Positions 39,343-47,672 of a stretch of DNA of 64,000 bases are shown one piece after another. The notes under the pieces were generated by a model. The model had not been told where the DNA came from. It was given only the letters and a program-made list of their open reading frames with translations, and ran no database searches. Position 1 is the first letter of the stretch. The number at the start of each line of letters is the position of its first letter. The stretch comes from a virus, in IMG/VR virus record IMGVR_UViG_3300034108_000145, positions 32,001 to 96,000 of that record; one strand, written 5' to 3'. Both the position numbers and the translations under genes were made by a program.

Positions 39343-39630
39343 ATGGGAAAGATTAAAGTAACAGTCAGCAAATGTTCTACACAAGCTTCAAAGAACGGTA
39401 ACTTCATCCACACTCTTAAAACAGAGGGTAAGGAAGTGAACGTGCTCGGTCAAAGTAAAGTAAGTGGTCAACTCACATACTTCATAGCTTTAAGTAAGCC
39501 TACGAAGGTGGGTACAGTAGACGAGCTTGATATGGACCAGTTCCGTATCGAAGAGCGTCCTTACGAAGTGGTTAACCAAACTACGGGCGAGATGGAGAAG
39601 ATTATGTTGAAGTGGCTACACGTTAAATAA
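39343..39630 (+). CDS. Hypothetical protein, first gene of the right arm
   Basis: 95 aa; TAAAATCATTAAAA leader; followed by a strong terminator. Confidence 0.75.
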   Translation: MGKIKVTVSKCSTQASKNGNFIHTLKTEGKEVNVLGQSKVSGQLTYFIALSKPTKVGTVDELDMDQFRIEERPYEVVNQTTGEMEKIMLKWLHVK

Positions 39631-39635
39631 CGTGC

Positions 39636-39672
39636 AAGGCATACGAGGGAAAACTCTCGTATGCCTTTTTTT
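39636..39672 (+). terminator. Intrinsic terminator
   Basis: AAGGCATACGAG-GGAAAACT-CTCGTATGCCTT then T-tract. Confidence 0.85.
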
Positions 39673-39749
39673 ACCTCTTTTTAGTTTATCAGTTTATATC
39701 AGTTCAGTTTATCCTAGTATCATCATATCAACCTTTAACCCACTAAAAA

Positions 39750-39842
39750 ATGATTGGACTTATTCTGACTGACGGAACAATCACTATGGTCTCTTCTATG
39801 ATAGAAGCTGCCACAGTGGCTGCGAGTATACGCCAAGCGTAG
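39750..39842 (+). CDS. Possible 30-aa peptide
   Basis: MIGLILTDGTITMVSSMIEAATVAASIRQA*, A-rich leader. Confidence 0.35.
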   Translation: MIGLILTDGTITMVSSMIEAATVAASIRQA

Positions 39843-40035
39843 CTCACGTCCACGGTTCTACGTTATCCGTGTCAAATAAAACGTTGATTTTCAAACAGTT
39901 ACGTGTGTATCTGTTAGTGGTAGTAACACCTACCTACTATCTTTCATCCAACTCTTAGAGCCAAATAACTGACCTAGTCAGACGGATAAGATAGCTATAA
40001 CTCTTTGTATTCATTCACTCCTTAAATATTGTCTT

Positions 40036-40254
40036 ATGAAATCAGTAGTATTAATCAGCATCTACATCATTTCTTTCATCTCTTTCTTCTTTCTTATATC
40101 TTCTATTGGTTTACTATGGTGTACGCCATCAGAAGTTTATCAAGATAAGAACTGGTTTATGATATACTCTCTGTTCTTTGGTTGGTGGTTAGCCATCTTC
40201 CCAACACGTGAGTATTATATCAAACACAGCCAAGAGTTTGACAAGATATTTTAA
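40036..40254 (+). CDS. Small membrane protein (2 TM)
   Basis: 72 aa with two hydrophobic helices. Confidence 0.65.
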   Translation: MKSVVLISIYIISFISFFFLISSIGLLWCTPSEVYQDKNWFMIYSLFFGWWLAIFPTREYYIKHSQEFDKIF

Positions 40255-40374
40255 ACAGCTCATATTTGAACCCTTTAACATAGTAGTATATAGTATATTA
40301 TATCTACTATGTTAAGGAGAGCTCACTGGTGAGCTGTTAAGAACTTATTTCATCACCGTTTAAATCATTTCAGT

Positions 40375-40539
40375 ATGCGTATATATGTTATCATCTTCAA
40401 GCATAACAACCAGTTAGCTGATAACTTCTTCTTCTCTTCATTTGAAGAGGCATGGGAGTTTAAAAAGACTAGGATAGCAGAGGGTTATTGTCTTAATCCT
40501 ATATCCATGTATGATGTTACATGTTTATCTGCTGCGTAA
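40375..40539 (+). CDS. Hypothetical 54-aa protein (not in ORF track)
   Basis: MRIYVIIFKHNNQLADNFFFSSFEEAWEFKK...; TAAATCATT leader. Confidence 0.55.
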   Translation: MRIYVIIFKHNNQLADNFFFSSFEEAWEFKKTRIAEGYCLNPISMYDVTCLSAA

Positions 40540-40802
40540 TGTTTAATCTAGGTTGTTGGTGTATTCCTTGGAAACCAACCAGCGTTAGTCAGTATGTCCT
40601 GTATTTACAATCTGACACCATGAAACCCAAACGATATTCCCTGCAAAGGGTTACTGGAATTGTAGGCCAACCAGTGTAATATAAAACCAACCTTCTGATG
40701 ACACCAAAGTGTTAGCCCTAGAAGCGGGGCTTAGTAGAGATATAATGCGAAGTGAAACTCTACTATGTTTTCCATTACACACAAACCCTAAAATCATTCA
40801 AT

Positions 40803-41108
40803 ATGAGAAAGTCAGAACTATACGCTAGATATGATATGTTTAATCAAGACATAGAAGAGATTGACATGTCAGAGTTTCACGACCACTTTGTTCAAGAGAA
40901 TAAAGAGTTTATTTCTTTTATAGATCAGGATAGTACAAACATTACAACTATCAGACTAGACGGTTGTAAGTATATGAAGTATGCTTCACACTGGAATGTT
41001 GGCTGGCAAGGCGACATAGATGGTGATGTATTCTATTGTAAGATAAAAACTATGACTGAGAAAGAGACAGAAGAATTGAGACAGTTACTTACGTCAGATG
41101 CATTTTAA
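40803..41108 (+). CDS. Hypothetical protein (likely start MRKS at 40803)
   Basis: TAAAATCATTCAAT leader before ATG. Confidence 0.65.
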   Translation: MRKSELYARYDMFNQDIEEIDMSEFHDHFVQENKEFISFIDQDSTNITTIRLDGCKYMKYASHWNVGWQGDIDGDVFYCKIKTMTEKETEELRQLLTSDAF

Positions 41109-41164
41109 CAAGATTTAGTGGTGAACTGGGCCTGTTGTGGGTCTGGTTCACCTTAAAATATTCT

Positions 41165-41865
41165 CCTTTGGAGACTCGGCCGCTTATGGTCGTTAGGATA
41201 AACCTGGTGACAGGTATATAAGGTGTGCGTAAACAAGCGTATCATCTACAGCTTTGTGCTGGCCATGTAAGCAAGCAAGCAACGATTGCAATGGGGAAAT
41301 CTCTGAGCAATTACAGTGTTAGCATACACTGTTGAGTGGGAAACCACAATAGGACAACTTGTAGAATATATGTGAGAGCTCTTTACCAAGAGAGCAATTG
41401 CGTTATTCAGTGAGCAATAGGTGCGGTAACAGCATCTGTTTTTCACCGTAGACTGGTAATCTACACTGGGGCGTTGTAGTACGCATTCCTCAAAAGGGAG
41501 TGAGCTGCAATCTAATGGCACGTCCTGGATTATGCTATTGTAAAAATTAATCTAATTAATTTAACGAAAGTCTGTTAGTTCTCTAGGTCAAAGTACCTTA
41601 TCTGTATGAAATATGACAGCACAGCCAGTACCGTAAGGAAAACTGTGAGATGGCAAGAGTATATCTAAGTAGCTGCAGGGATGTAGCTAAGGATCATCCA
41701 ATCCACTTGGTAGAAATTAATATCTATGTAGTCTAGAGAGAGATCCCTCAGGAGTGAGGCAAAACACTGGTACTATCATCTACAATGGAGTAATCTATTG
41801 TGTGTATAAGCGGGGGTAACCCTGTGAAAACGGTGATACACTAAAGGTCAACACTCAGCCTATTA
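41165..41865 (+). ncRNA. Large ornate non-coding RNA, GOLLD/ROOL-like (boundaries approximate)
   Basis: ~700 nt without a credible ORF, raised GC, many short hairpins with GNRA loops, long-range complementarities, immediately followed by a tRNA. Confidence 0.65.
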
Positions 41866-41869
41866 GTAT

Positions 41870-41939
41870 AATCAGGTAGCTTAATGTAAAGCATCTAACG
41901 ATTAATTAGAAGACGTGGGTTCGAGTCCCATCCTGGTTA
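41870..41939 (+). tRNA. tRNA-like gene with aberrant anticodon loop (CG-ATT-AA; nominally Asn-ATT)
   Basis: AATCAGG/CCTGGTT acceptor, GCTT/AAGC D-arm, TCTAA/TTAGA anticodon stem, GTGGG-TTCGAGT-CCCAT T-arm; followed by CAA. Confidence 0.7.
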
Positions 41940-41940
41940 C

Positions 41941-42058
41941 AAAACCGGCATTGTTAACTGTTTTATGAGATTGGTGTTACTCATCTAGAAATCCTCCCTA
42001 TAGAAGTGTCTGCAGCACCATATGTATAATTGGATTTAAACATTAACAATGCGGTTTT
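41941..42058 (+). ncRNA. Structured RNA closed by a long stem
   Basis: AAAACCG-GCATTGTTAA-CTGTTT ... AAACA-TTAACAATGC-GGTTTT with internal hairpins ATGAG/CTCAT and AAATCC/GGATTT. Confidence 0.45.
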
Positions 42059-42102
42059 ACCTTTTAAACTATTTACACATCACTTAAAAAAATTAATCCA
42101 TC

Positions 42103-42264
42103 ATGGAAAAAACTTTAATTAGAGGAAAAAGATTCCATCTAAAATTCATCAAGAACACAGTATTATTTGGCATTAGCTATGATAAGCCAGACTTATTCAT
42201 AGCTTTCCTATTCTTTGTAGCAGAAATAACCTTCTCTAAAAGAAGAGGACCAAGAACCTTTTAA
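42103..42264 (+). CDS. Hypothetical 53-aa protein (not in ORF track)
   Basis: MEKTLIRGKRFHLKFIKNTVLFGISYDKPDLFIAFLFFVAEITF...; followed by a terminator. Confidence 0.5.
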   Translation: MEKTLIRGKRFHLKFIKNTVLFGISYDKPDLFIAFLFFVAEITFSKRRGPRTF

Positions 42265-42285
42265 GATTTTCATAAGGCAAGCAAA

Positions 42286-42322
42286 AAGCTCCTGCGTTTC
42301 TACGTGGGGGCTCTATTTTTTA
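42286..42322 (+). terminator. Intrinsic terminator
   Basis: AGCTCCTGCG-TTTCTA-CGTGGGGGCT then T-tract. Confidence 0.6.
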
Positions 42323-42341
42323 ATCCCTTAAATCAATCACA

Positions 42342-42452
42342 TTGAAAAAGTTATTAATCATTAGCATTATTACTATGCTAGGAACAAGTTGTGCAGTTTA
42401 TAACCCACAGCATCCACCTAAATACTATCGTTGTACGGTAGTAGTAAGATAA
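42342..42452 (+). CDS. Small lipoprotein, 36 aa (TTG start; not in ORF track)
   Basis: MKKLLIISIITMLGTSC-AVYNPQHPPKYYRCTVVVR*: signal peptide II with lipobox; TAAATCAATC leader. Confidence 0.55.
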   Translation: MKKLLIISIITMLGTSCAVYNPQHPPKYYRCTVVVR

Positions 42453-42478
42453 TTTTCCACCCACAAAATTCATTTAAC

Positions 42479-42997
42479 ATGAAACAGTTTAAACTAACTA
42501 ATCCATTCACTTGTGAAGATATCCAAGTGACTGTGAACATACGTCATTATAACAATGGACGTCCGGCAATTGAGTTATTAGAAATGGATCCAGATTATGG
42601 TCCTACACCTTACATGACTGCAAGTGTAAACTTACCAGATGTATTACTTCAACCTAATGAAGTTTTAATCAAGGATTACTCTGAGAATGAGGGCATTACA
42701 AACTTTTTACATAAACATAATATAGTTACACCAACTAATAATTGGGTTAGAAGCGGTTATGTAGAAGTACAAGTGTGTGTTCTTAATCCTGAATCAGAGT
42801 GGGGTATTACACCTGAGGTTTATTCATTAGATGAAGAACCTGAATACTTTGTAAAAGAGAATAATATTATGGATCCTATACCAGAAGAAATTAATATAGA
42901 AACTGGTAAATGTTTATGGACAATTAACGGGTATAAAATCTGGGCTGATGATTATAAACAAGCCACAGAACTATTACCTATGATAGAATCATTCTAA
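42479..42997 (+). CDS. Hypothetical protein (likely start MKQF at 42479)
   Basis: YNNGRPAIEL..PYMTASVNLPD..EVLIKDYSENEG domain. Confidence 0.75.
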   Translation: MKQFKLTNPFTCEDIQVTVNIRHYNNGRPAIELLEMDPDYGPTPYMTASVNLPDVLLQPNEVLIKDYSENEGITNFLHKHNIVTPTNNWVRSGYVEVQVCVLNPESEWGITPEVYSLDEEPEYFVKENNIMDPIPEEINIETGKCLWTINGYKIWADDYKQATELLPMIESF

Positions 42998-43007
42998 ATA
43001 ACAACTT

Positions 43008-43238
43008 ATGAAAGGTATAAACAAATTTGCAGTGGCTATAATAGCTGTTCTTCTATTATGTATAGCTGTCTCTTACTATAATGTATTAAAGCATTATAAA
43101 TTACAACAGGTTGCTTATGATCTACCTGAGGAATTTAACACTGAGACTATATCACGTGATAGAACTAAACCAACAGAAATGATGGTGGTGTATGATACAC
43201 TTACAAACACCTACGTTTTTGAATTTATGGACAATTAA
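43008..43238 (+). CDS. Membrane-anchored hypothetical protein
   Basis: N-terminal hydrophobic helix. Confidence 0.65.
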   Translation: MKGINKFAVAIIAVLLLCIAVSYYNVLKHYKLQQVAYDLPEEFNTETISRDRTKPTEMMVVYDTLTNTYVFEFMDN

Positions 43239-43247
43239 AACTAGTAC

Positions 43248-43457
43248 ATGAAAAAGTTATTAGAAATATTATTTAACGTTAAGCCTGCTGTTACAGTGGG
43301 CTTAACTTACATCTCTCGTAGAGAGCCAATGATAGTAACACCAGAGTTTCAACAATGGTGTACCCAGTTAAATGTATCGGTATTAGCAGACAAACGTTCT
43401 ATTAATATACCTGTACTTATGGGTGATAATATTAAGTATGTTACATTACATACTTAA
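43248..43457 (+). CDS. Hypothetical protein
   Basis: 69 aa ORF in operon. Confidence 0.6.
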   Translation: MKKLLEILFNVKPAVTVGLTYISRREPMIVTPEFQQWCTQLNVSVLADKRSINIPVLMGDNIKYVTLHT

Positions 43458-43677
43458 AAGACGGTGAAGCTAGCAGGAGCTAGTAGGGCACGCTCATGCT
43501 CAAATCTTGAAAACAGGTCTGATCAACCGTGAGCTGCTACAGATGATATGGCTGTCGTGACGGGGGCTTACGAAAAATAATTACTGCTTTGATTAACTTC
43601 ATGTTAGTCAGTATGTTTTAGTAGTATATACAATACCGACACTAGCAGCTGAGCTGTCTAGAATTAGGAAACACCAA

Positions 43678-43710
43678 TCATAATCAGTACGTTAAGCTGA
43701 TTATTTTTTT
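43678..43710 (+). terminator. Intrinsic terminator
   Basis: ATAATCAG-TACGTTAAG-CTGATTAT then T-tract. Confidence 0.55.
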
Positions 43711-43739
43711 AATTAATTAACTATTAAATATAAATAACT

Positions 43740-44351
43740 ATGTCTTTTAAAGATAGAAATTTTAACCATGATGAAGATAACTTTCATCTGGCATTAGGTG
43801 TCAGTGATGAGACCAAGAACATTTGTAGAGAACGTATATTCTTTGCAATATTTAGTAACTCTTTACAAGCAGATGAGTTATTTGATGATGTAGATGATAT
43901 TCCAAAAGAGTTTCGTACAGTTACAGGTGATCTACAAAGATTACTTTCTATGATTACTAATCCTGTAGAGTATGAATACACTTTGTTAACTTTCATGATG
44001 TACCAGCGTATGGCCAAAGAAGTATATTCTGTGTACAGAAATACCAATGTGGAAAATGCAGAGTCACGTGAAGAGAGAATTAAGATGGAAATCATCAGGA
44101 GTATTATGAAGCTTAAAGAATTAAAAGATCGTGAAGAATCTGGTTTAGAAGCTGATGAGGATGATGTAGAAGTATTTACAAAAGAGAGCATCATGCAGCG
44201 TATAGGTTTGGTTAAGAAGAGTGGTTATAATTTTGATAAGTATTTATTACTTGTTAGAAACGATAACAACACTACATCTTCTAAACAAAAGGGTTCAGAT
44301 TTTGATATCAATGATCTTTTATCAGGATTATTTTCTAAGGATGATGAATAA
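43740..44351 (+). CDS. Hypothetical acidic protein
   Basis: 203 aa ORF followed by terminator 44364-44396. Confidence 0.75.
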   Translation: MSFKDRNFNHDEDNFHLALGVSDETKNICRERIFFAIFSNSLQADELFDDVDDIPKEFRTVTGDLQRLLSMITNPVEYEYTLLTFMMYQRMAKEVYSVYRNTNVENAESREERIKMEIIRSIMKLKELKDREESGLEADEDDVEVFTKESIMQRIGLVKKSGYNFDKYLLLVRNDNNTTSSKQKGSDFDINDLLSGLFSKDDE

Positions 44352-44363
44352 GGGTTGGTAAAT

Positions 44364-44396
44364 AAGAGAGTCTATATTTTAGGCTCTCTTTTTTTT
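44364..44396 (+). terminator. Intrinsic terminator
   Basis: AAGAGAGTCTA-TATTT-TAGGCTCTCTT then T-tract. Confidence 0.7.
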
Positions 44397-44417
44397 ATTA
44401 CTTACAATCAAATCACT

Positions 44418-44705
44418 ATGGCAGTTAGTAACTATAGATTAAAAGGTGGGTTTGGGCAGGTATCTAATGCAGTGATGAGAGACCCTAAAATCTCTATTAG
44501 AGACAAAGGTTTTTATTCTTACCTATGTACATACGCTAATAGTTCTACAAATGAACTGATTCTTAGTGTGAGTAGAATGACTGCGGAATTAGAAACTACA
44601 GAATCCACTATTAAGCGTTGTATTGATTCCCTCAAAAGTAAAGGTGTTATAGAAAGAGTGTATATGGGAAAAGGTAGAACATGGAAGACAATCATATTAA
44701 AATAA
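44418..44705 (+). CDS. Helix-turn-helix protein (replication-initiator N-terminal type)
   Basis: FGQVSNAVMRDPKISIRDKGFYSYL...SVSRMTAELETTESTIKRCIDSLKSKGVI; likely start ATG 44418. Confidence 0.75.
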   Translation: MAVSNYRLKGGFGQVSNAVMRDPKISIRDKGFYSYLCTYANSSTNELILSVSRMTAELETTESTIKRCIDSLKSKGVIERVYMGKGRTWKTIILK

Positions 44706-45094
44706 AGTCCTTAAGGCAAGTGGGACACGTGCACATATATTAGATGTACATACATGCAAATATATGATTAAGTCCTTGTCTCCACGCCAGTCATTGACTG
44801 ATTATTATAGATCCGAGTAAGTCAACGCTCTTCGAGCCGCATCGGCCTGTAATAATAGTCTTTAAAAAAGTCTGATCTCAGGAGCTACATAGCGTATTAA
44901 CCATAATTACCAGGACAAGTGTGAAGCGAACAGTTTCCTTACTCAGTAGTACGACATGATGATAGAGCTCCGTCAAACGAACAGTAAACATAACTTATTA
45001 GCCGTGACCAAGGACAGCGTAGACCCATAAGAACTATGGAACCCTGAGATAGACTTTTAAACCAACATCAGTTTATTCCTTAACAAAATAATAT

Positions 45095-45829
45095 ATGAAA
45101 GATTCAAAAAAAATTGGAAACATCTTCCAAACAAGTAATTATTCTCAGTTCAAGACAAGAGCTGACAATAGACCAATTAACCAAGCCAACGTACAAAAGT
45201 TGGTTAAAAGCTTTGAAGTAATGGGTCAGAAAATCCCAATCAAAGTAGATTCTAAAATGCACGTATTAGATGGTCAACACCGTTTAAAAGCATGTGCACA
45301 CCTAAAGATTCCTGTAATATTCATCGTAGATGATGAATCAATGTCTACATCAGAAATAGCTCAGCTACAAGCTACAGCTACTAAATGGAACTATGCAGAC
45401 TATGCACAAAGTTTCTCTACTGATGAGAATTTAGCAGATTATAGATTATACAGAACATTCTGTAGTACTTATTCAGAATTTCCACATAGTACAGCTATTC
45501 TTATGTTGGGTAACCAACGTGCAGCTGGTGGTAATGCACATGATGTCTTTATATCAGGTAGATTTAAAGTTAAAAGCTACAACAAAGCTAAAGAAGTTGC
45601 TGAAACTTTAAGAAGAATGTCTGTCTATTACAAAAACTACAACCGTAAAGGTTTTGTATCATCAGTTATTGTAATGATGAATCACAAAGATTTTAACGTA
45701 GATAGATTGTTTAGAAAGCTACCAAAGCGTTGTAAAGAGCTCCATGACTTCAGTAAAACTGAAGATTATTTGGATACACTACAAGATATATACAATTGGA
45801 AAGAGACTAAGAAAGTATATTTCCATTAA
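45095..45829 (+). CDS. ParB/Srx-like nuclease-domain protein
   Basis: NRPIN..NVQKL..PIKVD..VLDGQHRLKAC ParB N-terminal motif. Confidence 0.8.
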   Translation: MKDSKKIGNIFQTSNYSQFKTRADNRPINQANVQKLVKSFEVMGQKIPIKVDSKMHVLDGQHRLKACAHLKIPVIFIVDDESMSTSEIAQLQATATKWNYADYAQSFSTDENLADYRLYRTFCSTYSEFPHSTAILMLGNQRAAGGNAHDVFISGRFKVKSYNKAKEVAETLRRMSVYYKNYNRKGFVSSVIVMMNHKDFNVDRLFRKLPKRCKELHDFSKTEDYLDTLQDIYNWKETKKVYFH

Positions 45830-46107
45830 GAGATTACTAGATTGAAGCCAGCACATAATAAAACCGAGTGCGTGATCATGTCCCATGTAACTTGTTATGT
45901 GGAGCCGTTATAAAGCCGGACATCTAGGAGCAGTTAACGAAAAAATACCACGTCTGGAAGCTACATGTATATATCCGGGTAGCAGAAGCAGAATAAACAA
46001 ACGGTAAATTTTTCCAGGTCTGAAACCGTATGAGTAGTTAATGAACTAGTAAAGGTGGTGAAGCTTGACATTGGTCTTCACCACCTCTTACTTTTAAATC
46101 AAACATT

Positions 46108-46383
46108 ATGGATAAGCATATGTTATTACTCTGTAGCTGTTATAGCTCAGAACATCAAATGATTATACACCTAGATGAAGGTGGAGATTTGTTTCCTCCA
46201 GAAGCATTTGTTCATGTACATTTAGTAAGACGATCCTTTTGGTACCGTCTTGTATATGGAATTAAATACATATTTGGATATAAATCTAAATATGGAGCAT
46301 GGGATGAATTTATATTAGATAAAACTCATGCAAACTCACTTAGAGAAATAGCTAAACACTTAGATGATGAAACAGTATACTAA
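46108..46383 (+). CDS. Hypothetical protein
   Basis: CSCYSSEH and FWYRL..GIKYIFGY motif. Confidence 0.7.
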   Translation: MDKHMLLLCSCYSSEHQMIIHLDEGGDLFPPEAFVHVHLVRRSFWYRLVYGIKYIFGYKSKYGAWDEFILDKTHANSLREIAKHLDDETVY

Positions 46384-46930
46384 ACTGCCTATACCTGCTG
46401 ATACAGCATGGGATACCAACAGAAAACCTAAATGGTTACGTGTTGTAAATTGGCGTATAAAAGAATTTTTTAGATCAGTTAGCAACGTGATACGTTGGTT
46501 ACCAATCATCTGGAAAGACAGAGATTGGGATGACTATTATATTACTAAACTCTTACAGAAGAAGATAGAATTTCAAAGAGAGTATTTAGTTAAAGCTAAT
46601 AGACACGAGCATGTAGATAGAGATAACTATTGGATGACAGTAGTTCTTAATCTTTTAGAGCGTAAGCATAACCAGTACTATCAAATGGAGAAGTTTAAAT
46701 ATGTAGTTATGGGTGATGAAGTCTTTTCTGACTATAAATCAGACACCTTAGAAGAATACATTAAGAAATATCCTAGTGCTGAAAGAGCTGCTAGAAAGAA
46801 ATACTCTACATACTCTCACTTTAATGATAAAGATGCATTAGCACACTTTATGTGTTTTGTACGTCAACAGAAAGCTGATGACTTAATATTTGAGATTCTT
46901 AAAAGACATTCTGCCGAGTGGTGGGATTAA
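46364..46930 (+). CDS. Hypothetical phage protein
   Basis: WLPIIWKDRDWD and C-terminal WWD. Confidence 0.75.
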   Translation: MMKQYTKLPIPADTAWDTNRKPKWLRVVNWRIKEFFRSVSNVIRWLPIIWKDRDWDDYYITKLLQKKIEFQREYLVKANRHEHVDRDNYWMTVVLNLLERKHNQYYQMEKFKYVVMGDEVFSDYKSDTLEEYIKKYPSAERAARKKYSTYSHFNDKDALAHFMCFVRQQKADDLIFEILKRHSAEWWD

Positions 46931-46940
46931 ATAAAACTAT

Positions 46941-47486
46941 ATGACACAAGAACAGTTTATAGAAATCAAGGAAGACTACATCCAAAATATGAAAGATATG
47001 TTATTAGAAACTGGTAACATACAACCAATGGTAACTGTTATTGGTGACCATTTAGAAGAAAACAAGCCTGCTCTTGTGCACATACCTCTTCCTGGAAAGA
47101 TAGCTAACTCAGACCACGGCAAACAGATGTTTGTAGATGAAATGATACCAGAAATATCTAAAGAGATTAGAAAGAAGTTTGAGATAAAAGCAATAGCTTG
47201 GGCATCAGAAGCTTGGATGCGTGAAGGGTTAAAAGAAAACTATGACCCAATAGTAGATGATTACAAGAAATTACCTATTAAGAAAGAAATCTTAATTATT
47301 AGCGTAGATACAGGAGTTGAAACAGAAAACTTTGTATACGAGATAATAAGAATGGCTGTATCACCTGAAGGTGACTTAGTAGAAACTATTGAACTTGTAG
47401 AATTACCTGAGTTAAGTAAGAAATTTGATGAAAATAGTGGTAGATTTGGTAACTTGTATACAAAGTTTACCAAGAGTATTAATTAG
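46941..47486 (+). CDS. Hypothetical protein
   Basis: 181 aa; SEAWM motif. Confidence 0.75.
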   Translation: MTQEQFIEIKEDYIQNMKDMLLETGNIQPMVTVIGDHLEENKPALVHIPLPGKIANSDHGKQMFVDEMIPEISKEIRKKFEIKAIAWASEAWMREGLKENYDPIVDDYKKLPIKKEILIISVDTGVETENFVYEIIRMAVSPEGDLVETIELVELPELSKKFDENSGRFGNLYTKFTKSIN

Positions 47487-47494
47487 TTTAAATT

Positions 47495-47671
47495 ATGTAT
47501 ATGTTAAAATGGATTAACAAGATTTTTCCTCACTTGAAAGTGAAAGAGCTAGAAGCCGAGAATCAAGAACTTAAAGAAAAGCTTGTGGAGCGGCAGGAAA
47601 CTATCAACAAAACAAATGCATACTGGAAGAAAAAACTATATCAAAGTAATAAAAAACCTAAAGAGTCTTAA
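47495..47671 (+). CDS. Small coiled-coil protein, 58 aa (not in ORF track)
   Basis: MYMLKWINKIFPHLKVKELEAENQELKEKLVERQETINKTNAYWKKK... Confidence 0.6.
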   Translation: MYMLKWINKIFPHLKVKELEAENQELKEKLVERQETINKTNAYWKKKLYQSNKKPKES

Positions 47672-47672
47672 G

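Noticed and set aside
40695-40765. Hammerhead ribozyme (CTGATGA ... GAAA)
   Set aside because: The stem after CTGATGA is not followed by GAAA, and stems I/III could not be formed
41246-41521. 91-aa minus-strand ORF
   Set aside because: Antisense to the structured RNA, atypical composition, GTG start without the usual leader
41165-41865. Group I/II intron or RNase P RNA
   Set aside because: It does not interrupt a gene, and I could not find group II domain V, group I P7 or RNase P P4 (GAGGAAAGUCC) signatures by eye; an Rfam scan is needed to exclude them fully
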